Shown piece by piece: positions 8,868 to 16,847 of a stretch of 64,000 nucleotides of DNA. Origin of the DNA: Eubacteriales bacterium (GTDB lineage Bacteria > Bacillota > Clostridia > Oscillospirales > CAG-272); the NCBI GenBank assembly GCA_051868045.1, contig JBJDZN010000061.1, positions 478 to 64,477 of the forward strand. Reading direction: 5' to 3'. Each line of letters opens with the position of its first letter. The stretch's first letter is position 1. A program made the translations under genes and the position numbers. The notes under the pieces were generated by a model. It was not told where the DNA came from and did not search any database. It saw only the letters and a program-made list of their open reading frames with translations.

Positions 8868-9227
8868 ATGAAAAAGGTTCTGATTTTTGTCGCAATCGCT
8901 GCAGCAGTAGGCGCAGTTGTCACATTCGTTCTGTTGAAGGCGAAGAAGGCAAAGGAGAAGCTTGCGCAGCAGACGGAAACCTCTGATGAGGACGATCTGA
9001 AGGATCCCTGCGAGGGATGCGAGAGCGAATCCTGCGAGGGCTGTGAGGCAATTGATACCGACGGCGACGGCGAGGACGATACCGTTCTGATGGATACCGA
9101 CGGCGACGGTCAGGTTGACACCGTGCTGATGGACACCACCGGCGACGGCGAGGTTGACACCGTGCTGGTAGATACTACCGGAGACGGTAAGCTGGACACT
9201 GCAGTTACGATTGACAGCGACAAGTAA
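8868..9227 (+). CDS. single-pass membrane protein with a CxxC pair and four DxDGDG acidic repeats (putative Ca2+/metal binding)
   Basis: N-terminal TM helix (VLIFVAIAAAVGAVVTFVLL), then KAKKAKEK, CEGCESESCEGC, and 4 x 13 aa DT(D/T)GDGxxDTVLx. Has an RBS, its own promoter and its own terminator. Confidence 0.75.
   Translation: MKKVLIFVAIAAAVGAVVTFVLLKAKKAKEKLAQQTETSDEDDLKDPCEGCESESCEGCEAIDTDGDGEDDTVLMDTDGDGQVDTVLMDTTGDGEVDTVLVDTTGDGKLDTAVTIDSDK
9054..9209 (+). repeat. four tandem 39-nt in-frame repeats
   Basis: The units encode DTDGDGEDDTVLM / DTDGDGQVDTVLM / DTTGDGEVDTVLV / DTTGDGKLDTAVT. Confidence 0.9.
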
Positions 9228-9232
9228 GCTGC

Positions 9233-9280
9233 CCCCCAAAAAAGTGCTGTTGCAAAATGCGACAGCACTTTTTTGGGGTG
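9233..9280 (+). terminator. rho-independent terminator
   Basis: Long stem ccccaaaaaagtgctgt / acagcacttttttgggg containing a T run. Confidence 0.85.
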
Positions 9281-9400
9281 AGATTTTATAAAGCCGACCC
9301 TTCCGGCGGTTGCGCAACCTTTCTGCCTTGCAAAACCGCCGGGATTCAAAATGATGTTCCTTACAATTGTAAACATTTTGTAAATAAACACTGTTTTGCC

Positions 9401-9429
9401 TTGCCAAATGCTTCAAGTTGAGATATAAT
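9401..9429 (+). promoter_or_regulatory. sigma-A type promoter of rpsB-tsf
   Basis: TTGCCA (9401-9406), 17 nt spacer, TATAAT (9424-9429). A structured leader of about 110 nt follows. Confidence 0.6.
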
Positions 9430-9544
9430 AACCAAGTGCCACGGCTGAAACCGGGCAATATTAAAATTCACACATACGGCTCTTCGGTTCGGGTAAGCCC
9501 GGGGATGGCGGTATGGTGGAAAAAACCGAAGGAGGACATGAAAA

Positions 9545-10303
9545 ATGTCAGTTGTTACCATTAAACAGTTACTCGAAGCCGGCGTCCATTTCGGACACCA
9601 CACCAGAAGATGGAACCCCAAGATGGCTCCCTATATCTTCACCGAAAGAAACGGAATCTACATCATCGACCTTCAGAAGACCGTTAAGAAGTTCGACGAA
9701 GCGTATCTCTTCACCAGAGAGCTTTCCGAGCAGAACGGAACCCTTCTTTTCGTCGGCACCAAGAAGCAGGCAGCCGAGGCGATCAAGGAAGAGGCTGAGC
9801 GTTGCGGCATGTACTATGTCAACGAAAGATGGCCCGGCGGTATGCTGACCAACTTCAAGACCATCAAGAAGTCCATCGCCCGTCTGATCAAGCTCCAGCA
9901 GATGAAGGAAGACGGAACCTTTGATCTTCTTCCCAAGAAGGAAGTTGCCGCTCTGGTTAAGGAGATGGAGACCCTTGAGAAGAACTACGGCGGTATCAAG
10001 ACCATGGAGAAGCTCCCTGACGCTGTCTTCATCGTTGACCCCCACAAGGAGACCAATGCCGTTCTCGAGGCAAAGAAGCTGGGCATTCCGGTTATCGCAA
10101 TCGTAGATACCAACTGCGATCCCGATGACGCAGACTACATCATCCCCGGTAACGATGATGCGATCCGTGCGATCAAGCTGATCTCCTCTGTTCTTGCCGA
10201 TGCCATTATCGAGGGCAAGCAGGGTGTTGATGCCGAGGCTGAGGCTGCTGCCGCTGAGGGCGAAGCAGTTGAGGCTGCTGCCGAAGAGAGTGCCGCAGAA
10301 TAA
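9545..10303 (+). CDS. rpsB: 30S ribosomal protein S2
   Basis: [27 protein letters not shown] is the canonical S2 start. The C-terminal tail is acidic and Ala/Glu-rich. Confidence 0.97.
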   Translation: MSVVTIKQLLEAGVHFGHHTRRWNPKMAPYIFTERNGIYIIDLQKTVKKFDEAYLFTRELSEQNGTLLFVGTKKQAAEAIKEEAERCGMYYVNERWPGGMLTNFKTIKKSIARLIKLQQMKEDGTFDLLPKKEVAALVKEMETLEKNYGGIKTMEKLPDAVFIVDPHKETNAVLEAKKLGIPVIAIVDTNCDPDDADYIIPGNDDAIRAIKLISSVLADAIIEGKQGVDAEAEAAAAEGEAVEAAAEESAAE

Positions 10304-10341
10304 GCACATCTGAATGCAAAATCTAGGAGGATATGGATAAA

Positions 10342-11268
10342 ATGGCTACTATTACCGCATCTATGGTTTCCGAACTTCGTAAGAAGACCGGACTTGGCAT
10401 GATGGATTGTAAGAAGGCTCTGGTTGAGGCTGAGGGCGATATGGATCAGGCAGTGAAGATTCTTCGTGAGAAGGGTCTTGCTACCGCTGCAAAGAAGGAA
10501 GGCAGAATTGCCGCAGAGGGACTGGTTGACATTGCCAGCGAAAACGGCATCACCGCTATCATCGAGGTCAACACCGAGACCGACTTCGTTGCCAAGAACG
10601 CATCCTTCCGTGAGTTTGTAAAGGGACTGCTGGCAACCCTCGTTGCAACCAAGCCCGCTACCATGGAAGAATTCCTGAACACCCCCTACAACGGAACCGC
10701 AGATACCGTTTCCACTGCTCTGGTGGGACAGATCGCCGTTATCGGAGAGAAGATTTCCATCCGCCGCTTCAACATCGTTGAGGGTACGGTTTCCACCTAT
10801 ATTCACGGAAACGGCACCACCGGCGTTATCGTAAAGTTTGACACCGACGCAACTCTTGAGAATCCCGCATTCGCAGAGTATGCAAAGAACATCGCTCTGC
10901 AGATCGCCGCAGGCAACCCCCCCAAGTACGTCAACGAGTCTGAGGTTCCTCAGGCAGAAATTGATGAGGAGAAGGCAATCCTGATCCAGCAGGCGAAGAA
11001 CGATCCCAAGAATGCCAACAAGCCCGACGCTATCCTTGAAAAGATGGTCGGCGGCAGACTGGGCAAGTTCTACGAGAGAGTCTGCCTTGTTAAGCAGGCG
11101 TATGTGAAGGACGACAAGATGAACGTCGGACAGTACACCGAGTCTGTTGCCAAGGAACTTGGCGTTTCCATCAAGATCAATTCCTTCGTTATCTTTGAGA
11201 AGGGCGAGGGACTTCAGAAGAGAGAAGAGAACTTCGCAGAAGAGATCGCAAAGATGGTTCAGGGTTAA
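10342..11268 (+). CDS. tsf: translation elongation factor Ts
   Basis: MATITASMVSELRKKTGLGMMDCKKAL is the canonical EF-Ts start. The track start at 10333 is only 2 nt from AGGAGG, so the ATG at 10342 is preferred. Confidence 0.95.
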   Translation: MATITASMVSELRKKTGLGMMDCKKALVEAEGDMDQAVKILREKGLATAAKKEGRIAAEGLVDIASENGITAIIEVNTETDFVAKNASFREFVKGLLATLVATKPATMEEFLNTPYNGTADTVSTALVGQIAVIGEKISIRRFNIVEGTVSTYIHGNGTTGVIVKFDTDATLENPAFAEYAKNIALQIAAGNPPKYVNESEVPQAEIDEEKAILIQQAKNDPKNANKPDAILEKMVGGRLGKFYERVCLVKQAYVKDDKMNVGQYTESVAKELGVSIKINSFVIFEKGEGLQKREENFAEEIAKMVQG

Positions 11269-11281
11269 TAAAATCCATTCT

Positions 11282-11319
11282 CACCTCAAAAGCAGGGATG
11301 CTTTTGAGGTGATTTTTTG
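11282..11319 (+). terminator. rho-independent terminator after tsf
   Basis: Stem cacctcaaaagc / gcttttgaggtg, then attttttg. Confidence 0.85.
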
Positions 11320-11429
11320 TTCGGAGCTTTGCGCAAGGTCATGCTACCGGAACGGAGTCTGACGGGACCGTCATCATAAGACCGCCGTCTTGGCATCTGA
11401 ATCGGGTATTTGCACGTATTTGAAAAGAT

Positions 11430-11484
11430 TTAACACGGATTTTACTTAAATTCACTTCACAAAACGGTTGATCTGTGCTATAAT
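11430..11484 (+). promoter_or_regulatory. phoPR promoter with upstream Pho-box-like direct repeats
   Basis: TTAACA (11430), TTTACT (11441) and TTCACT (11451) are spaced 10-11 bp apart. Then TTCACA (11456-11461), 17 nt spacer, TGcTATAAT (-10 at 11479-11484). Confidence 0.4.
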
Positions 11485-11546
11485 AAAAAAGAAAAATGGA
11501 TGTAAAACCTTGACGGTACCCACCGGCAAGACAAAAAGGACCTGAC

Positions 11547-12236
11547 TTGGAAGGGAATGATGTTGTGATTTATCTGGTTGAGGATGATAAAAATATTCGG
11601 GAATTGGTGGTATATACCCTGACCGGCTGCTCCCTGGAAACCCGTGGATTCGGACTTCCTTCGGAATTCTGGGCAGAAATGGAGAAAAGCCTCCCTGAGC
11701 TGATTCTTCTGGATATTATGCTTCCGGAGGAGGATGGTCTTTCCATTCTGAAAAAGCTCCGTGCTGACCCCGAAACGAGGGGGATCCCCGTTCTCATGCT
11801 GTCTGCCAAGGGCAGTGAGTACGATCGGGTCATCGGACTGGACTCAGGAGCCGACGACTATCTGCCCAAACCCTTCGGCATGATGGAGCTGATCGCCCGT
11901 GTCAAGGCACTGCTTCGGCGGGTTGACAAATCCCCTGCCCGGGAGGAATACCACATCGGATGCCTGACGGTCTGCCCCGAACAGCATACCGCTTTGGTAG
12001 ACGGAACCGAGGTTCAGCTGACCTATAAGGAATTCGAACTTTTGATCAAGCTGCTGCGCAACAGAGGAGTGGTTCTGACCCGTGATCAGCTCCTGAATGA
12101 CATCTGGGGTTACGCCTTCGACGGCGAAAACCGGACGGTAGACGTACATATCCGGACCTTGAGGCAAAAACTGGGGGCGGCAGGAGAGTATATTGAGACC
12201 GTCCGCGGAGTCGGATATAAGATTTCCAAGACATAA
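11547..12236 (+). CDS. phoP: OmpR/PhoB-family response regulator (PhoP-like)
   Basis: Receiver domain (IYLVEDD...LILLDIMLPEEDG) plus a winged-helix output (LTYKEFELL...RTVDVHIRTLRQKL...VRGVGYK). Lies next to phoR and the pst genes. Start is TTG 11547 or GTG 11565. Confidence 0.85.
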   Translation: MEGNDVVIYLVEDDKNIRELVVYTLTGCSLETRGFGLPSEFWAEMEKSLPELILLDIMLPEEDGLSILKKLRADPETRGIPVLMLSAKGSEYDRVIGLDSGADDYLPKPFGMMELIARVKALLRRVDKSPAREEYHIGCLTVCPEQHTALVDGTEVQLTYKEFELLIKLLRNRGVVLTRDQLLNDIWGYAFDGENRTVDVHIRTLRQKLGAAGEYIETVRGVGYKISKT

Positions 12237-12270
12237 ATGGGTCTACTATGGAGATAAAGGGGATTCGTCT

Positions 12271-13668
12271 ATGAAATCCAAGCTGTTCAAGAACATCTTT
12301 CTGGCGACTATGAGCGTTTTTGTCCTCTGCCTGAGTCTGATTCTCGGAGCAGTCTACAATTATTTTTCCAAGAGCAGGATTCAGGAGATCAAAACCGAGG
12401 CGGGGTATCTTGCCTCTGCGGTGGAAAGCTGCGGCGTGGAGTTCATTACCCGATTTGAGGGCGACGATACCACCCGTATCACATTGGTGGCGGAGGACGG
12501 AACGGTTCTCTTTGATAATGTTGCCGATCCTGCCACTATGGCAAATCACAGCGACCGTGAAGAAATCATTGAGGCGATGGAATCGGGCGTGGGCGAGTCC
12601 ACGAGAACCTCCGCCACCCTGTCTGAAAAGACCGTCAACTATGCCATACGCCTGTCGGACGGTAACGTTCTCCGGGTGTCCATAACCCATTATACCATTC
12701 TGACCCTGCTTGCCAATATGTTTACCCCCATCCTGCTGATACTGGCGGTGGCAATCCTGCTGTCGCTGTTTCTGGCGTTCCGGCTGGCGGACAGTGTCAC
12801 CGAACCCATCAACCGTATTGATCTGGAGACCCCCGATGAGCGGACCGTTTATGAGGAACTTCGTCCGTTGGTTCGTCGGATTAACAGTCAGAACCGGCAG
12901 ATTCATGCCCAGATCGACCAGATCCGTGCCGAGCATAACCGGCAGGACGATATGCGCAGGGAATTCACTGCCAATGTGTCCCACGAGCTGAAGACTCCCC
13001 TGACCTCCATTTCGGGCTTCGCCGAAATCATCCGGGACGGCATGGTGCGTCCTGAGGATGTCCCCCGGTTCGCCGCCAATATTTACGATGAGGCGGGTCG
13101 GCTGATCGTGCTGGTAGGCGATATTCTCAAGCTCTCCAAGCTGGAGGACCCCGGATCGGTGGTTCCGTTTACTTCTGTGGAGCTGTATTCGGTCTGTGAG
13201 CGGGTGACAGAACGTCTTCGCCCCATTGCCGATAAGCACCATATTGTTCTGATTGTGCGCGGAAAGCCTGCAACGGTTTCGGGCTCTCCTCAGATTCTGG
13301 AGGAGATCGTCTACAACCTGTGTGACAATGCGGTCAAATACAATGTCGAACACGGAACCGTGACGGTCAGTGTCGAGGAAAAGGAAAACGGCGTCAGCCT
13401 TTGCGTGGCAGATACCGGCATCGGAATCCCGAAGGAGGATCAGGATCGGGTCTTCGAGCGGTTCTATCGGGTGGATAAGAGCCATTCCAAGGACGTGGGC
13501 GGCACCGGACTGGGGCTGTCCATCGTCAAACACGGTGCCATTCTGCACCATGCCAACGTCACCCTGACCAGCGTGGTTGGATCGGGAACGACGGTCACCC
13601 TGCTGTTTCCGAAGGAAAACGCAGGCTCTGAGACGGTGACTTTGCAGAATACCGCCCGGAATGAATGA
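12271..13668 (+). CDS. phoR: phosphate-sensing histidine kinase (PhoR-like)
   Basis: Two TM segments, an H-box (FTANVSHELKTPLTSI), and N, G1 and G2 boxes (NAVKYN, DTGIGI, GGTGLGLSIV). Trimmed to ATG 12271 because the track start overlaps phoP. Confidence 0.85.
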   Translation: MKSKLFKNIFLATMSVFVLCLSLILGAVYNYFSKSRIQEIKTEAGYLASAVESCGVEFITRFEGDDTTRITLVAEDGTVLFDNVADPATMANHSDREEIIEAMESGVGESTRTSATLSEKTVNYAIRLSDGNVLRVSITHYTILTLLANMFTPILLILAVAILLSLFLAFRLADSVTEPINRIDLETPDERTVYEELRPLVRRINSQNRQIHAQIDQIRAEHNRQDDMRREFTANVSHELKTPLTSISGFAEIIRDGMVRPEDVPRFAANIYDEAGRLIVLVGDILKLSKLEDPGSVVPFTSVELYSVCERVTERLRPIADKHHIVLIVRGKPATVSGSPQILEEIVYNLCDNAVKYNVEHGTVTVSVEEKENGVSLCVADTGIGIPKEDQDRVFERFYRVDKSHSKDVGGTGLGLSIVKHGAILHHANVTLTSVVGSGTTVTLLFPKENAGSETVTLQNTARNE

Positions 13669-13780
13669 CGAAATGATTGCAAAATGTGCCGAAAACAAGG
13701 AGCTGAATTGCAAATTTGAACAAAATAATCCTACGGGATTTGTTAAAACTGCTGAATTTTTTTGGATTTCAGATACCCTC

Positions 13781-13809
13781 TTGAAAAAGTTTATTTTTGA
13801 TGTTATAAT
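13781..13809 (+). promoter_or_regulatory. sigma-A type promoter
   Basis: TTGAAA (13781-13786), 17 nt spacer, TATAAT (13804-13809). Confidence 0.6.
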
Positions 13810-13842
13810 AATAATACCAAAAAATACAAGGAGGAATGTATC

Positions 13843-14628
13843 ATGAAAAGAAAACTAATCGCAACTCTTCTTATCACCGGACTTCTTGCGTCAGGGCTTT
13901 CTGTCTTTGCCTTTGCTGCTACAACGGACAATGACAGTGCTGAGCCCGAATCAACCTCGGTTATTTCCTCTGAAACTGCATCTACAGAGGAGACCGAAGC
14001 AAAAGAAACCGTTGTTTCGGACGTGCGACCCGGCATGACCGAGAAGAGAATACAGGCACTGGCTGAGCAGCAGGAGGCGGAAAACGACCCTGTATGGCTT
14101 GCAGCCAAAACCGCCCGTCTGGCTGTCCGTGATGCCCATCTTGCGGCTGCCGCAAAAGCATCGCCTGTCGCTTCGGGCAATGTGGTTCTGCCTGATGCGG
14201 TTATCAACTATGGAATGAATCGGTATGAAGACATTTCAAGCGACTTATTCCTTGTTGCCAATGTCGCATTTACCAATATTGGAGGCGGAAACCCGCAGTT
14301 ACTGAATGCCTGTGTGGATTATGATGTGGCAGGAGCATCTGATTATCTCTCCACAACAACGTCCTTTGCTTTCAAAACTCAGCTTGTGATTACCTACAAC
14401 GGCGGCAGCTCGACCGTGACCCTGACGGACACCTCGGATAGCTACACGATCGGTACCTTTACGGACGGCTACGCCAACTATAGCAAGACCTTTGATCTGT
14501 CCGGGTATAAGAATATTACGCAAGTATATGTCTTTACCCGCATAGTCACAACCGATAATTCGCTGGTTTACTATCCGTTGACGCTGCAAAAGACGATTGC
14601 CCAAATTTTGGCTCAGGGCAACGGCTGA
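13843..14628 (+). CDS. secreted protein of unknown function
   Basis: Signal peptide (LLASGLSVFAFA-ATT), an acidic S/T/E linker, a helical Ala-rich segment and a beta-rich C-terminal domain. RBS is AAGGAGG. No family recognised. Confidence 0.7.
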   Translation: MKRKLIATLLITGLLASGLSVFAFAATTDNDSAEPESTSVISSETASTEETEAKETVVSDVRPGMTEKRIQALAEQQEAENDPVWLAAKTARLAVRDAHLAAAAKASPVASGNVVLPDAVINYGMNRYEDISSDLFLVANVAFTNIGGGNPQLLNACVDYDVAGASDYLSTTTSFAFKTQLVITYNGGSSTVTLTDTSDSYTIGTFTDGYANYSKTFDLSGYKNITQVYVFTRIVTTDNSLVYYPLTLQKTIAQILAQGNG

Positions 14629-14643
14629 TTGATCAAAGCATAC

Positions 14644-14677
14644 AGAAGCCCCCTCTTGCGGGGGGCTTCTTTTTTTG
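14644..14677 (+). terminator. rho-independent terminator
   Basis: Stem agaagcccc / ggggcttct, then ttttttt. Confidence 0.85.
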
Positions 14678-14752
14678 TTACGCTTTTTCGCATCCGCTTT
14701 TTGGAAGGGAACGGACGATGATTCAACGACCGAGGGTCATATTGCCTTCTAT

Positions 14753-14806
14753 TTAACCTATATTTAACAAATCACCCATGTCGATTTAACCTTTCTTTCT
14801 TAGAAT
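14753..14806 (+). promoter_or_regulatory. phased Pho-box array and -10 element upstream of the Na/Pi symporter gene
   Basis: TTAACC (14753), TTAACA (14764), TTAACC (14786) and TTCTTA (14797) fall on an 11-bp register. TAGAAT (14801-14806) follows, and there is no canonical -35. Confidence 0.5.
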
Positions 14807-14871
14807 AGAATCGTGTAAAAGGTTGTAAAATGGATATAAATTCGGGAGAAGTGGGAAAGGAAAGGATCAAG

Positions 14872-16629
14872 ATGGATTTTTTCTCATTTGTAATGTTGAT
14901 CGGCGGGCTGGCATTTTTCTTGTACGGAATGCGTATGCTATCAGCCGGACTTGAAAAACTGGCGGGCGGTAAATTGGAACAGACCCTGAAAAAGATGACC
15001 TCCAACCGATTGGCGGGTATGGCATTGGGTACGGGAATCACCGTTGCCATTCAGTCCTCCTCCGCCGTGACGGTCATGTTGGTGGGTCTGGTCAACTCGG
15101 GGATCATGGAACTGCATCAGACCATCCCCGTTATCATGGGTTCAAACATTGGTACCACCATGACCGCATGGCTCCTGTCACTGGCGGGACTGGAGTCCGG
15201 CAATTTCTTCGTTCAGTTCCTGAAGCCCGAGAATTTCTCCATGATTTTCGCCTTTATAGGGATCCTTCTGATCATGGCGGCAAAAAGCCAGAAAAAGAAG
15301 GATGTGGGCGGAGTCCTGATCGGCTTTGCCGTCCTTATGTACGGCATGAAACTCATGAGCGGAGCCGTCAGTCCCCTTGCCGATTCTCCTGAGTTTGCCG
15401 GTCTTCTGGTCGCCTTCAAGAATCCTCTGGTGGGTGTGCTGGCAGGTGCGCTGTTCACCGGTATCATCCAAAGTTCCTCTGCATCGGTGGGTGTTCTCCA
15501 GGCACTGGCTCAGACCGGAACCATCTCCTACGGCGTGGCAATCCCGATCATCATGGGTCAGAACATCGGAACCTGCATCACGGCACTGATTTCCAGCATC
15601 GGAGTCTCCCGAAACGCCAGAAAGGTTTCAATTGTCCACATCAGCTTCAACCTGATCGGCACGGCGGTCTGCCTGACGCTGTTCTATCTGGCAAATGCCA
15701 TCTTCCGCTTCGCCTTCGTGTCCATGCCTATTGATATGGTGGGAATCGCAGTGGTTCACAGTATCTTCAATATTTTTACCACCATGATTCTCCTGCCCTT
15801 CGTGAAGGGACTTGAAAAGATCGCCAACCTTCTGCTGCCGGATAATCACACGGAAAAGAAGCGTGAGGGCGTTGACGAAATCTTCATTGATGCCCGTCTG
15901 CTGTCCACTCCTTCGGTTGCCATCTCCGAGTGCAACAACCGCACCGTGGAAATGGCACATCTGGCAAAGGATACCCTCCACTATGCCAGCGAGATTCTCC
16001 GATCCTATCAGCAGGAAAAGGCGGATCGGATTCTGAAAAACGAGGACCGTCTGGACCTCTATGAGGATAAGCTGGGAACCTTTTTGGTGCGGGTTTCTTC
16101 GAAAGCGGTTTCCATGGAGGATTCCCGTAAGATTTCTAAAATGCTCCACGCCATCGGCGATTTTGAGCGGCTGGGCGATCATGCCGTCAATCTTCTGAAG
16201 ACCTCCAGAGAATTGACCGACAAGGGCATTCACTTTACCGATCAGGCAAACGCCGAACTGGATGTTCTGGAGACGGCAATCAGGGACATTCTGGATCTGA
16301 CGGTAAAGGCATATGAAAGCGGCGATCTGACCCTTGCCGGGAAGGTGGAACCCCTGGAGCAGGTTATCGACCGACTGATCTCCGAGATCAAGAACCGCCA
16401 TATCGAACGTCTGCGGGCGGGCAACTGTACCATCGAGCTGGGCTTTATCCTGTCCGATATTCTGACCAACTATGAGAGAATCTCCGATCACTGCTCCAAT
16501 ATTGCGGTCGCCATGATCGAGGTGGAACACGGAACCTTTGATACCCACCGCTATCTGACCGGCGTCAAGTACGGAAACGTCCGTTTTGACGAGGAATTTG
16601 AAGCCTTTTCGGCGAAATACCGCATATAA
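14872..16629 (+). CDS. Na+/phosphate symporter (NptA/YjbB family) with a C-terminal PhoU-like domain
   Basis: LIGGLAFFLYGMRMLSAGLEKL and two QSSSA-type repeats. The C-terminus has PhoU-like helices (ERLGDHAVN, ERISDHCSNIA). ATG 14872 is preferred; the in-frame ATG 14830 is possible. Confidence 0.85.
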   Translation: MDFFSFVMLIGGLAFFLYGMRMLSAGLEKLAGGKLEQTLKKMTSNRLAGMALGTGITVAIQSSSAVTVMLVGLVNSGIMELHQTIPVIMGSNIGTTMTAWLLSLAGLESGNFFVQFLKPENFSMIFAFIGILLIMAAKSQKKKDVGGVLIGFAVLMYGMKLMSGAVSPLADSPEFAGLLVAFKNPLVGVLAGALFTGIIQSSSASVGVLQALAQTGTISYGVAIPIIMGQNIGTCITALISSIGVSRNARKVSIVHISFNLIGTAVCLTLFYLANAIFRFAFVSMPIDMVGIAVVHSIFNIFTTMILLPFVKGLEKIANLLLPDNHTEKKREGVDEIFIDARLLSTPSVAISECNNRTVEMAHLAKDTLHYASEILRSYQQEKADRILKNEDRLDLYEDKLGTFLVRVSSKAVSMEDSRKISKMLHAIGDFERLGDHAVNLLKTSRELTDKGIHFTDQANAELDVLETAIRDILDLTVKAYESGDLTLAGKVEPLEQVIDRLISEIKNRHIERLRAGNCTIELGFILSDILTNYERISDHCSNIAVAMIEVEHGTFDTHRYLTGVKYGNVRFDEEFEAFSAKYRI

Positions 16630-16663
16630 CCGAATCAACAACAACCGAATCTGTTCTCTGTTT

Positions 16664-16704
16664 GGGAGTTCCGGCACCTTTTCGCCGGGACTCCTGCTTT
16701 TTTG
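16664..16704 (+). terminator. rho-independent terminator
   Basis: Stem ggagttccggc / gccgggactcc (one mismatch), then tgctttttt. Confidence 0.7.
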
Positions 16705-16789
16705 TTAAATTTTCTTAACCTTATTTGTCGAAATTTCTCTGAGCTTTTACATGGTCCTGCTTTTTCATTTAACAACGGGACGGTATACT
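16705..16789 (+). promoter_or_regulatory. Pho-box-like repeat array and -10 element upstream of pstS
   Basis: Hexamers at 10-11 bp spacing: TTAAAT (16705), TTAACC (16715), TTGTCG (16725), TTCTCT (16735), TTTACA (16746). Then TTAACA (16769), with TATACT (16784-16789) only 9 nt downstream. Confidence 0.45.
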
Positions 16790-16847
16790 GAAGCCGTACC
16801 CAAGAGGTAAGTAAAAAAAGAATTTTGTACGTAAGGAGAATGAAACG

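Noticed and set aside
8634-9209. Regular short DNA repeats (24-nt and 39-nt units), considered as a possible CRISPR-like or satellite array.
   Set aside because: The units are directly adjacent with no spacers. They are in frame and lie inside two well-supported ORFs, so they are coding tandem repeats, not a CRISPR array.
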